Shown: piece by piece, positions 1-8,809 of the stretch | Numbering within the stretch: position 1 is the stretch's first letter | Layout of the letters: every line of letters starts with the position of its first letter | NCBI GenBank assembly: GCA_963751755.1 | Contig: CAVVVH010000008.1 | Coordinates: 2,430-66,429 of the forward strand | From: Candidatus Dormiibacterota bacterium | Lineage (GTDB): Bacteria > Chloroflexota > Dormibacteria > Aeolococcales > Aeolococcaceae | Reading direction: 5' to 3' | DNA length: 64,000 nucleotides | The notes under the pieces: model-generated | Databases searched by the model: none | Seen by the model: the letters and a program-made list of their open reading frames with translations, nothing else | What the model was told of the DNA's origin: nothing | Translations under genes and position numbers: made by a program

Positions 1-1886
1 GGGCCCGCTTCGACGAATTCTCCACGGGGCTGCCGGCGAACAGCGGGCTGAACAGCATCACCCGCGGGCCCAGCGGTGACACCAACCTCTACTTCACCAT
101 GTCGACCGCGGCCAAGCTCGGCAAGATCAGCACCGGGGCCTCACCGGCGATCACCATCCTCCCCACCGTCCTCACGAACACGTGGCTGCCGAGCGGCATC
201 GTGACCGGCCCTGACGGACACATGTGGGTGACACTCGCGGGCGTCAGCCACGTGATCTCCGTGGCCACCGACGGCACCAGCCCGACCCTCCATCCACTGC
301 CGACGTCAAACGCCCACCCGGTGGGCATCGCCGCCGACGCGGCCGGCAACCTCTACGTCACCGGCGCGGGGAAACTGTCGAAGGTGCACTTCGTCTCCAA
401 CGTCTTCAGCTACATCGCCGACATACCGATGACCGTGAACGGCGGCTCGCAGGGCATCTACAACGTTGGCTGGGGGGCTGTGGCGACTGATGCAGCCAAC
501 GACGCGTGGTTCTCGCAATGGATCACGTACAGCCCGACGAACATCAGCGGGTACCTCTACGAGTACCAGATCACCGGCGCACCGACCCCGGGGCTCAGCC
601 CCGGCACGCCCGTGCAGTTCGGCAACCAGGCCGACAACACCTTCAGCGGCGACTACTCCGAGTACCTGTACAACAGCGGGACCAACGACGCTCATATCAC
701 CGCAACGACCTTTGGCGGCTCCGGCGCCGCGTTCTTCCATCTCACCTCGAATGGGTGTCTTGGGCACGCCCTGCCGCCCGGCCAGTCGTGCCCGGTTAGC
801 GTGGCCTTCAGCCCCGGCGCCATCCAGGCCTATGCGGCGACCCTGACGTTCACGATGACCAACCAATTCGGCGGTGCCATCCCATCGATCGTGCAGAACC
901 TCGCTGGGACGGGCACCGCGCAGGCGCCGATGAGCCAGTTCCCGATCCACGCCACAGCGTTCGGTCCGTACTGCGCGGGCTACTGCTCGTCGACCAACCT
1001 GATCGCCAACGGCCCGAACAGCATCGTATTCGCTGAGCCGAACATCAACCGGGTGGGGATGATGACCACAAGTGGCGTTCTGAGCCAGTGGGTGCTGCCC
1101 ACCAGCAACGCCGGACCGATCGGAATCGCCTGGGACGGGACGACCCCGGGCACACTCTGGTTCACCGAGTCCAACGCCGGGCTGATCGGCCGGCTGAACC
1201 TCTCCACACACGTGATCAGTGAATTCCCGGTGCCGACCGGGGACGCAACTCCCATCTCGATCGTCTTCGACCCGGCCAATAACCTGTGCTATTTCACGGC
1301 AACGGGCAGAGAGGGCGCCTTCATCGACAGCATCAACAGCAGCGGGGTGATCACGGAGTACCTCCAGCCCAACGCGTACTTCCCGGGACGGGTGATCGTC
1401 GGCGGCGACGGCAACATCTGGGCCGAGACCAGCGGTCAGCTGCTGAAGATGACCCCCACCGGCACGTTCCTGGTCTCGCCACCCACCACCGGTCCCCTGG
1501 GCACGGGCCTGGCCAACGGCCCGATCGTCAGCGGCCAGCCGACCATCTGGTACGCCTCCGGCAGCCAGGTGAGCTACGTGACCGCCGATGGCACGACAGC
1601 CCAGGGCACCTACGTGGAACCGATCAGCTTTGGATCCATCCAGGGCCTGACGCAGGGCACCGGCAACACCATGTACTTCACGATCGGGAGCGGCCAGTAC
1701 GGTGGGATGGGCGACGCCAACAAGGTTGCCAAGGTGGTCGTGACAGGAACGACCATAGGCGGGTTCCTTGATCAGTCCATCGTGCATGAGGACTCCTCGC
1801 CCACCGGCATCACACTGGGCCCGGACGGGAACGTGTGGTGGCTCGAGCAGAATCCCGGCTCGCTCGGGCGGGGGGCTCCGTTCTGA
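1..1886 (+). CDS. Vgb (streptogramin lyase)-like beta-propeller repeat protein, 5'-partial; internal ASH/choice-of-anchor-D-like Ig segment
   Basis: Frame 3 is open from nt 3 through the annotated 99..1886 ORF, so the gene starts upstream of the window. Vgb-type blade motifs recur through the protein (ITGPDGHMWVT, PVGIAADAAGNLYVT, PIGIAWDGTTPGTLWFTE, ITLGPDGNVWWLE). A central segment (FHLTSNGCLGHALPPGQSCPVSVAFSPG...LTFTMTN) resembles an ASH/Ig-like domain. Confidence 0.6.
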   Translation, partial: ARFDEFSTGLPANSGLNSITRGPSGDTNLYFTMSTAAKLGKISTGASPAITILPTVLTNTWLPSGIVTGPDGHMWVTLAGVSHVISVATDGTSPTLHPLPTSNAHPVGIAADAAGNLYVTGAGKLSKVHFVSNVFSYIADIPMTVNGGSQGIYNVGWGAVATDAANDAWFSQWITYSPTNISGYLYEYQITGAPTPGLSPGTPVQFGNQADNTFSGDYSEYLYNSGTNDAHITATTFGGSGAAFFHLTSNGCLGHALPPGQSCPVSVAFSPGAIQAYAATLTFTMTNQFGGAIPSIVQNLAGTGTAQAPMSQFPIHATAFGPYCAGYCSSTNLIANGPNSIVFAEPNINRVGMMTTSGVLSQWVLPTSNAGPIGIAWDGTTPGTLWFTESNAGLIGRLNLSTHVISEFPVPTGDATPISIVFDPANNLCYFTATGREGAFIDSINSSGVITEYLQPNAYFPGRVIVGGDGNIWAETSGQLLKMTPTGTFLVSPPTTGPLGTGLANGPIVSGQPTIWYASGSQVSYVTADGTTAQGTYVEPISFGSIQGLTQGTGNTMYFTIGSGQYGGMGDANKVAKVVVTGTTIGGFLDQSIVHEDSSPTGITLGPDGNVWWLEQNPGSLGRGAPF

Positions 1887-1976
1887 TCGGCTGACCTGGG
1901 AGGTGGGATCGAGGCAGGAGTGGGCGGACCGTCCGCCGCTCCTGCCTCACGTTGTTCGGTGGCTACGATTGGCGCC

Positions 1977-3038
1977 ATGAACCGCCTGCGCGGAGGCTGC
2001 AGGTCACACGTGAGTCGAACCGCCGTCATGGCCGCTCTGGCAACGACCTTCAGCGCTTCCATGGTGGGATGCGGATCGGCACCGGCACTTCAATCGCCGA
2101 CCGGGCACATCACGCCGGTCTCAGCGACACGCGAGAGCGGCGAGATCACGTACATGACCGACGGCTATACCGCGCACACGTGCAACGGCCGCGACGGCAG
2201 GCTGACCTACGTGGTCTTCAGCCCGAACAGCGCCGGCCCTCACCCGGTGGTGTTCGGCATGATGGGCACCGGCTTCGGCGGCTCACAGGAATGCGATGCA
2301 AAGACCGGGAAGCCGCTGTACCGTGCCATGGACCCCGTGATGAAGGAATGGGCCGAGGCCGGGTTCGTGGCCGTGAACATCGGCTACCACGGCGTGTCGA
2401 ACGGGCTGTACGGCGACCTCTCCTACCCGGGAACCGAGTGGGGCACCGTCGCCGACGGAACCGTCGAGCTCAACGTCAAGCCCGCCGTGCAGTACTTCCT
2501 CGACCACAACCCCGCCCAGTACGGGGCCGACCCCTCCAAGGGACTGATCGCGTTCGGGAGCTCTTCGGGTGCTCACAACGCCTACATGCTCGCCAACACC
2601 GGGCTGCCAGACGCTCACTTCGCTGCTGCCATCGGGTGGTCGGGCTTTCCCGATGTGGGAGCAGCAGGCAACTACATCAAGGGACTCTTTCTCAACTACA
2701 TGCGCGCCAAGCCGGGCAGCGACACCGCCAACTTCGGCGACGCGATCAGTCGCATCGCCGCCTCATCACCCGCGCAGTACGTCGCCAACGGAAGAGGCGA
2801 GCTCGTCGCGCCCGCCAATGCGAGTGAGTACTGGCAGCGCTGCCAAGACCTGGGCATCTCGATGTGCTGGCTGCGCGTCCCGACAACCGCTGGGCACGCC
2901 AACGCGTACGAGCACTACGTGTTCAACGGCAAGGACCCCGAGCGCACCATCCCCCCTGCTGCTGTCGGAGCCACCGTGATCGCGGAACTCCATCGCGTTC
3001 GCCCAGGACGTCACCTGAGGCTGCGGCTCCCGTCGTGA
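1977..3038 (+). CDS. secreted lipoprotein, alpha/beta-hydrolase (esterase/lipase-like)
   Basis: ATG at 1977 is followed by a signal peptide with lipobox (AALATTFSASMVGCGS). GSSSG nucleophile-elbow motif (GSSSGAHNAYM). Confidence 0.55.
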   Translation: MNRLRGGCRSHVSRTAVMAALATTFSASMVGCGSAPALQSPTGHITPVSATRESGEITYMTDGYTAHTCNGRDGRLTYVVFSPNSAGPHPVVFGMMGTGFGGSQECDAKTGKPLYRAMDPVMKEWAEAGFVAVNIGYHGVSNGLYGDLSYPGTEWGTVADGTVELNVKPAVQYFLDHNPAQYGADPSKGLIAFGSSSGAHNAYMLANTGLPDAHFAAAIGWSGFPDVGAAGNYIKGLFLNYMRAKPGSDTANFGDAISRIAASSPAQYVANGRGELVAPANASEYWQRCQDLGISMCWLRVPTTAGHANAYEHYVFNGKDPERTIPPAAVGATVIAELHRVRPGRHLRLRLPS

Positions 3039-3135
3039 GGTCGCGAGGCCACCGGCCCTCGGTGCAAGTCTGACCGATGAATTTTCCGCGCCTTGTTGGT
3101 CTGATGCCGAACACCCACCCACGGGAGGCTGACGC

Positions 3136-3699
3136 TTGCGGAAACTGACCTTTGGCATGAACCTGAGCCTGGACGGCTACATCGCCGCGCCCGGCGACGA
3201 CCTCGGCTGGAGCGTGCCGAGCGACGAGCTGTTCCAGTGGTGGTCCGACCGGGTGGGGGCGACGGGCCTGGCGCTGTACGGCCGCAAGCTGTGGGAGACG
3301 ATGAGCTCCCACTGGCCGACTGCCGACCAGCAGCCTGGCGCCACACCGGCGCAGATCGAGTTCGCCCGCCGCTGGCGGGACATGCCGAAGGTGGTGTTCT
3401 CCTCGACGACCAGCGCGGTCGACTGGCACGCCCGCCTGGTCACCGGTGACGCTGTCACCGAGATCAAGCGGCTCAAGACCGAGGATGGCGGTCCCATGGA
3501 CGTCGGCGGCGCCACCCTCGCCGCGGCGGCCATGCGGGCCGGGCTGATCGACGAGTACGCGATGGTCACCCACCCGGTCCTGGTGGGCGGCGGCACGCCG
3601 TTCTTCACGGCCCTGGACAACTGGGTGAACCTGAACTTGGTGGAGACCCGGACGTTCCCCGACGGCGTGCTCCTGACCAGGTACGAGACGAGGCGCTGA
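3136..3699 (+). CDS. dihydrofolate-reductase-like (RibD C-terminal domain family) reductase
   Basis: TTG start. N-terminus MRKLTFGMNLSLDGYIA and C-terminus GGGTPFFTALDNWVNLNLVETRTFPDGVLLTRYE are typical of the RibD_C/YwjB family. Confidence 0.6.
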   Translation: MRKLTFGMNLSLDGYIAAPGDDLGWSVPSDELFQWWSDRVGATGLALYGRKLWETMSSHWPTADQQPGATPAQIEFARRWRDMPKVVFSSTTSAVDWHARLVTGDAVTEIKRLKTEDGGPMDVGGATLAAAAMRAGLIDEYAMVTHPVLVGGGTPFFTALDNWVNLNLVETRTFPDGVLLTRYETRR

Positions 3700-3705
3700 A
3701 CCGGC

Positions 3706-4323
3706 TCAGATGGCGAGCCCGTACAGGGAGTGGATGCGGCTGCGCAGGTCGTCCTGGCTGATGGCGCCCAGGACCACCGTCATCAGGCGGCCATTGCTGT
3801 CGTAGAAAGCGGTCAGGGGCATGCCCCGGGCCCCGAGGGCGTCGTGCAGCCCACTCGCCTGAGTGCCGCCGACGTCGCGGGCGAGCGGCCACGTGTCGAC
3901 GCCGTACTGCCGGGCCATGGCGAGGCCGTCGCCCGTCTCCTGCGAGTCGATGCCCGCGAACGTGACCCTGCCGGCGAGCTGGCGCGCCAGGGCGGCCATC
4001 CCCGGGAGCTCGCCCCGGCACGCCGTGCACCAGGATGCGAAGAAGTCGAGCACGACAGGGTGGCCGCGGAGGTCGGCGAGCCGCAGGGTGCCGGTGCCGT
4101 TGAGCTTGGGGAGCTCCCAGCTGGTGGGCTGGGTGGACGTGCTCGGCGGCTGCTGGGTGGAGCTGGTGCCGCGGACGGCGAGAGTGACCGCCGCCGCGAT
4201 CACGATGGTCACGACCACGGCGCGCAGCGCCAGTGCGCGGGTGGGCCGGTGGATCACGATGGCGATTGTCCCACCGAGGTCGCGGCGAGCACCCCTCCGA
4301 GTGGTGCGCTCAACAAAAAGCAT
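3706..4323 (-). CDS. membrane-anchored TlpA/ResA-like thiol-disulfide oxidoreductase
   Basis: Thioredoxin fold with WCTAC active site (VVLDFFASWCTACRGELP). N-terminal TM helix. Start chosen at the internal ATG (MLFVERT...), because the longer ORF N-terminus is Arg/Pro-rich junk. Confidence 0.65.
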   Translation of the reverse strand: MLFVERTTRRGARRDLGGTIAIVIHRPTRALALRAVVVTIVIAAAVTLAVRGTSSTQQPPSTSTQPTSWELPKLNGTGTLRLADLRGHPVVLDFFASWCTACRGELPGMAALARQLAGRVTFAGIDSQETGDGLAMARQYGVDTWPLARDVGGTQASGLHDALGARGMPLTAFYDSNGRLMTVVLGAISQDDLRSRIHSLYGLAI

Positions 4324-4379
4324 CGCCCCCGGTGGCCGCGGTGGCCTCCGGGGGCGATGGGCGTTTGGGGCTGTGTGTC

Positions 4380-5606
4380 TTAGCCGGTGACCGGGAGGTC
4401 GGTGCCGGAGCCGGCGCAGTAGCCGAGGCCACCTGCCGAGTTGTTGCTCCAGAGCGACTGGACCGCGAACTTGCTGCCCTTGTTGCCGGTGATGTTGGCG
4501 ACCGCGCCCGGGAAGTGCGGGACGGGCTCGGGGCCGGACCCGGTGATCAGGAAGAGCGGATCGGTGCCGACCCACGCGCACTTGTCGCCGTTCTCGTACT
4601 GGTTCATGTCGTACCAGGCGCCGAGCTTGGTGCCGTTGGGTCCGGGATCCTCCGCGCCCGGATCGGTGACGGTCTCCTCGATCTCGTGGCCCAGCACGAT
4701 GGTGGTGCCGTCGAGCTTGCCGGCCGCGCCCGCGTTCACGCTGTTCTGGCCGCAGCTGGTGCCCTGGTTCAGGACGTAGGGCATGTTGGTGAACGAGATG
4801 TTGGGCGTGACGCCGTTGTAGATGCCGTGCTCGATGCCGGGCTCGGTGTAGTCATGCCACGCGCAGTACCCCACCGACGAGGCGAGCGGGTCGGAGTAGT
4901 TCTGCGGCTCGATGACGATGAACTGGCTGTTGAGCAGGTCCTTGGCCGCGAAGTGCACGACGCCGCGGGCCGCCTCCTGGGCGATCTCGGTGTAGGTCAT
5001 CTTGTGGTCGATCGGCGAGGTGTTGTCGTACCAGACGCCACCGAACTGGTTGGCGGGGTTCTGGATGAACACCTTCTTGCCCTTGACGATCTCGTAGTAC
5101 TGGGTCTGCACGCCGGCCCAGTGAGTGCCGCCCATCTGCTGGACGAAGCTCAGCATCCGCTGGCCCGCACCGCTGGGGTCGCAGGGCACGGGGTCGCCGG
5201 CGGGACGTGTCGCGCAGGAGGTGCTGAAGGCGCCGGGGCGGCCCCAGCCGTAGAAGATCAGGAAGATCTTCGGGGTGACCTGGACGTGGCCGCCGAAGTA
5301 CGCCATGTTGACCGGCCAGGGCTCGCCGGCGGGAGGCGCGGGGGGCACGCAGCCCGGGATCGGCGACGGGGGCGTCACCGGCAGGCAGGCGAGGATCGGC
5401 GGTGGCTGCACCGCCGGGCGGACGACCGTGGTGTCGCCGTTGATGGCGGCTGTCTGGCCGATCGTGTACATGATCGCCGGCTGGTGGTACGGAACGGCGG
5501 CGGCCGCCGAGTCCGCGTGGGCGGTGGCGCCGGGGGCGTTGGCGGCGAGCCCGAGGGCTCCGACCAGCGCGATCCCGGGCGCCAGCAAGCTGATGCGTCG
5601 TTTCAC
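4380..5606 (-). CDS. secreted protein of unknown function (signal peptide; HEIEE motif)
   Basis: Intact 408-aa ORF with signal peptide MKRRISLLAPGIALVGALGLAANAPGATAHA. Contains GHEIEETVTDPG and several W/Y-rich conserved-looking blocks. No confident family assignment. Confidence 0.5.
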   Translation of the reverse strand: MKRRISLLAPGIALVGALGLAANAPGATAHADSAAAAVPYHQPAIMYTIGQTAAINGDTTVVRPAVQPPPILACLPVTPPSPIPGCVPPAPPAGEPWPVNMAYFGGHVQVTPKIFLIFYGWGRPGAFSTSCATRPAGDPVPCDPSGAGQRMLSFVQQMGGTHWAGVQTQYYEIVKGKKVFIQNPANQFGGVWYDNTSPIDHKMTYTEIAQEAARGVVHFAAKDLLNSQFIVIEPQNYSDPLASSVGYCAWHDYTEPGIEHGIYNGVTPNISFTNMPYVLNQGTSCGQNSVNAGAAGKLDGTTIVLGHEIEETVTDPGAEDPGPNGTKLGAWYDMNQYENGDKCAWVGTDPLFLITGSGPEPVPHFPGAVANITGNKGSKFAVQSLWSNNSAGGLGYCAGSGTDLPVTG

Positions 5607-5713
5607 CTGTCTCTCCTCGGTCTGACGGTGGTCCTCAGCCGGCTCCAGTGAGGCGGCTATCTCTCAGGACGACGCCGCGGGGAAAAACTTGCGCGCGGTT
5701 AAGTGCTAGGATG

Positions 5714-5729
5714 TTGATCATATGATCAA
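5714..5729. promoter_or_regulatory. perfect 16-bp palindrome TTGATCATATGATCAA overlapping the tetR start codon (candidate TetR operator)
   Basis: Seen directly in the divergent intergenic region 5607..5721/5722. The ATG of the TetR gene lies inside the palindrome. A TAGGAT -10-like hexamer sits just upstream. Confidence 0.4.
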
Positions 5730-6405
5730 GTCAAACGATCAACAAACGCGCGCTCCCCGAAGGGGCCGGGCCCGCGGACCCGGGGTGCACACGCGCGAAC
5801 GCATCCTCGAGGCAGCGCTCGGCGCCCTCGGCGAGCACGGCTACGCGGGGACAACCGGCCGGGTCATCGCCGCGCGCGGCGGCTTCCCGATGGCGCTGAT
5901 CTTCTATCACTTCGGCACGCTCGACGACCTGCTGCTCGCCGTCCTCGACCACACCAGCGCGGCCCGGCTGCCGCTCTGGCAGGGGGCGCTGGCGGACGTC
6001 GCTGACGTCGTCACCCTGCTGGAGCGCATGCGCGAGCTCTATGAAGAGGACGTGGCGTCGGCCCACGCGCTGGCGGTGCGGGAGCTGGTCGCCAACGGCC
6101 GCTTCTCCGAGCGCCTGGCGCCCGCCCTGGCGGCGCGGATGGAGCCGTGGTTCGCGCTCGCCGAGGACGTCGCCGGGCGTGTGCTCGCCGGCTCGCCCGT
6201 GCTGGGGCTGCTGTCCCCGCGCGAGCTGGCTGTGACCACGGTCGCGCTGTACCTCGGCCTCGAGACGGTGTCGCGCCTGAGTGGCGAGCCGGCGTCGGCT
6301 GCGGCGCTGTTCGCCGCCGGCGCGCAGCTGGCGCCGCTGCTGGGTGCGCTGGGGGCGCGGGGGCCTGGGCGGCCGGTGCGTCCCACACGTGTGTCAATCG
6401 ACTGA
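5722..6405 (+). CDS. TetR family transcriptional regulator
   Basis: N-terminal TetR HTH (RERILEAALGALGEHGYAGTTGRVIAARGGFPMALIFYHFGTLDDLL). Intact 227 aa. Confidence 0.8.
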   Translation: MIKSNDQQTRAPRRGRARGPGVHTRERILEAALGALGEHGYAGTTGRVIAARGGFPMALIFYHFGTLDDLLLAVLDHTSAARLPLWQGALADVADVVTLLERMRELYEEDVASAHALAVRELVANGRFSERLAPALAARMEPWFALAEDVAGRVLAGSPVLGLLSPRELAVTTVALYLGLETVSRLSGEPASAAALFAAGAQLAPLLGALGARGPGRPVRPTRVSID

Positions 6406-6432
6406 ATCCGTTGGTATCGGGAGGAGCTCGTC

Positions 6433-6855
6433 ATGGTCCTGGTCACCTTCACCGTCATCGCCGTCGGGGGGCTACTGGCCTCGCTGCTCGTGGAGCGGCT
6501 GCTTCGCGGGCACCTGAAGCGCGTGCTCACCGACCTGTGCGAGACAGAGGCACGCAGCGGGTTCTGGGTGACAGTGGCGGGGCTGTCGATCGTGCTCACC
6601 GGGCTGCTCGCGGCCACCTCGACGCTCGGGTACTCCGATCCGTCCGTTGGCGGATTCGACCTCTTCCTCGGCGCCATGACCCAGGCGCGGGTGCTGCTGT
6701 TCGGGCTGCTCGGCATCGTGCTGGTGCTGGCGATGTTCCTGCTCAGCTCGATCCGCCGCTTCGAGGGCCGGGCGGCCGCGTATGGCCGTCAGCGGGTGCC
6801 GGCAGGGCCGTGGACACCGGCTGACACGGCGACGCCTCCCCCACCCGCGCCGTGA
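6433..6855 (+). CDS. small membrane protein (3 predicted TM helices), paralog A
   Basis: RBS GGAGGAG upstream. Hydrophobic segments. Shares the motif L(L/V)xxLLRGxLxxVLT(D/E)LC...FW with the next ORF. Confidence 0.45.
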   Translation: MVLVTFTVIAVGGLLASLLVERLLRGHLKRVLTDLCETEARSGFWVTVAGLSIVLTGLLAATSTLGYSDPSVGGFDLFLGAMTQARVLLFGLLGIVLVLAMFLLSSIRRFEGRAAAYGRQRVPAGPWTPADTATPPPPAP

Positions 6856-7190
6856 TCTCCGCCATCGTCGGGGCGGCGCTTGGCGCCGCCCTGGTGGGTG
6901 CGGTGCTGGCGGTGCTTCGTGGACCTCTGCTGGTCGTGCTCACCGAGCTGTGCGCCGCCTCGGACGCGGCTCACTTCTGGTGGCGCATCGTGGCCGTCGA
7001 GATGGTGGGCGGCACTGCGCTGTGCGCCTCGCTCGCCCTGGTGCTGACACCGCGCGCGGATGGGTGGCGGTGGGGTGCCGTGGTGGTGCAGGCGAGCGCC
7101 GCCGGTGTGCTGGTCAGCCTCGCTGTGGTGATGGTGGCCGTGATGGCGTTTGCTCGATCGCGCGGTGTTGGCGCTGGGCGCTTGGGGTGA
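6852..7190 (+). CDS. small membrane protein, paralog B of 6433..6855
   Basis: Overlaps the previous stop (ATGA). Similar TM layout and the shared VLTELC...HFWW motif. Confidence 0.4.
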   Translation: MISAIVGAALGAALVGAVLAVLRGPLLVVLTELCAASDAAHFWWRIVAVEMVGGTALCASLALVLTPRADGWRWGAVVVQASAAGVLVSLAVVMVAVMAFARSRGVGAGRLG

Positions 7191-7216
7191 GCTGACCTAC
7201 GACGGGAGTAGCGGCC

Positions 7217-8030
7217 TCACGATCCGCGGATGTCGCGCGAATCGATGGTGTAGCGCAGCAGGAGGTGGTCGTGCGCGCGCCGAATGGACCGGAGCTCGCC
7301 CGGCCGGGACAGGGCCGGGAGGGCAACGCCCTCCACCAGGCTGCGGCGCTCGGTGGACTCCGCGCTGCGTCCAGCCAGCTGGGGTGCGAGGGTGAGGAAC
7401 AGGTCCAGCGGGACGGCGCCATCGAGGAGGGCACCGAACAGGCGGGGACCTCCCTCGCACAGCACCGGCCCGCCGCGCCCCAGGTCCCGGGCCGCGGCGA
7501 CGATGCCCGCTGCGGGGATGCGTGGCTCCGCTGCGGCTGCGCCCTGCTGGTGGCGTGCGATCGCCGACTGCGCGTCGACGACGCCGGCAGCCGCGAGGAC
7601 GTGCACCGGCACAGCGGGGCGGGCGACAGCGTCGGCGTCAGCCGGGAATGTCACCGCTGGCGCTGACCACCAGCAGCGGTGCGGGTTCTGCAGGGCGACC
7701 CGACACGGCGCGCAACGCGGCGAGGTCGGCGGCCCTCTCGCGAGCCAGCGCCTGCGGCGTCCACTGGTGGTTGCGGGTGGCGCGCAGCGTTCCCGCGCCG
7801 ACCACGATGACGCCGGCAACGGCGCGCAGCATCGCCATCAGCGTGCGGTCGGCCGGCACTCCCCCACCGACGGCGCGGGAGTCGTCCGCGTCCATGCCGA
7901 AGCTGACGATGCCGTCGATGGTGCTGACGAAGTTGACCGCCACCCGCTCGCTGTCGAGCAGCAGCGCGGCGCCGTACTCCTCCTCCAGCGCGCAGCGGGG
8001 CGGCGACGGGTCGCGCTCGAGCGAGCACGT
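7217..8030 (-). CDS. RibD C-terminal domain-like reductase, interrupted by a 1-nt frameshift near 7640
   Basis: The N-part (VAVNFVSTIDGIVSFG...IVVGAGTLRAT...LLVVSASGD) in the frame of ORF 7638..8282 continues in the frame of ORF 7217..7819 (ADADAV...EGGPRLFGALLDGAVPLDLFLTLAPQLAG). The 5' end is uncertain. Confidence 0.45.
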
Positions 8031-8053
8031 CGAAGAGGCCGGGCGGCGGCACG

Positions 8054-8799
8054 TCAGGCGCCGGTGTGGGTCCCGACCAGGTTGCCGATGCCGTACGTCA
8101 CCGCCGCGACCACCGCGGCGATGCCCAGCTGGCGCAGCGCGGTGCGCACGTAGGAGCGGCCCGGTGAAGTAGGCGACCGACGCGCCCACGGCGAGCGCCG
8201 CGACGGCGCCGAGGACGATCGACGCCAGCACGCGCGGCGTCGCCGCTGCTGAAGAACCAGGGCAGCAGCGGCACCAGGGCACCGAGGGCGAAGGCGACGA
8301 ACGACGATGCGGCGGCGGCCGGCGGCGAGCCGATCGAGCCGGGGTTGACCCCCAGCTCCTCGCGGGTGTGCACCTCGAGCGCCAGCTCAGGATCCTTGCT
8401 CAGCGCGGTCGCGACCTCCTCGGCCGCGCCGACGGGAACGCCGCGCGACACGTAGAGCGCCACCAGCTCGCGGTGCTCGGACTCGGGGTGGCGGCGCAGC
8501 TCCTCGCGCTCGATGGCCACCTCGCGCTGGATGAGCTCGCGCTGGGCGCTCATCGAGACGAACTCGCCGGCCGCCATCGAGAACGCGCCGGCCACCAGGC
8601 CGGCGAGCCCGGCGAGCCGGACCACGCCGGCGGCGGGGTGCGCGCCGGCGACGCCGAGGATCAGCGAGACGTTGGTGAGCAGGCCGTCGCTGACCCCGAA
8701 CACCGCGGCCCGGGCGGCGCCGCCCTGGACGTCGCGATGGTGCTCGGGGCGGTGCGCCGGCACCTGCATCGGGACCGCCGGGCTGACCTTGAGCTCCAC
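8054..8799 (-). CDS. VIT1/CCC1-family Fe/Mn transporter, two frameshifts in the C-terminal region
   Basis: VIT signature FGVSDGLLTNVSLILGVAGA. C-terminus is recovered by hopping frames: LLPWFFSSGDAA / RVLASIVLGAVAALAVGASVAYFTGPLL / VRTALRQLGIAAVVAAVTYGIGNLVGTHTGA, ending at the stop at 8054. Confidence 0.55.
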
Positions 8800-8809
8800 G
8801 CTCGAGAGA

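Noticed and set aside
306-1787. 493-aa minus-strand ORF
   Set aside because: Antisense to the Vgb-like propeller gene. Arg/Gly/Ala-rich low-complexity translation typical of off-frame high-GC DNA.
4233-5651. 472-aa plus-strand ORF
   Set aside because: Antisense to the secreted protein gene. Low-complexity translation, no motifs.
5719-5724. NdeI site (CATATG) exactly at the tetR start codon, suggestive of an engineered construct
   Set aside because: It is part of a larger natural-looking perfect palindrome in an otherwise native genomic context. No vector sequence nearby.
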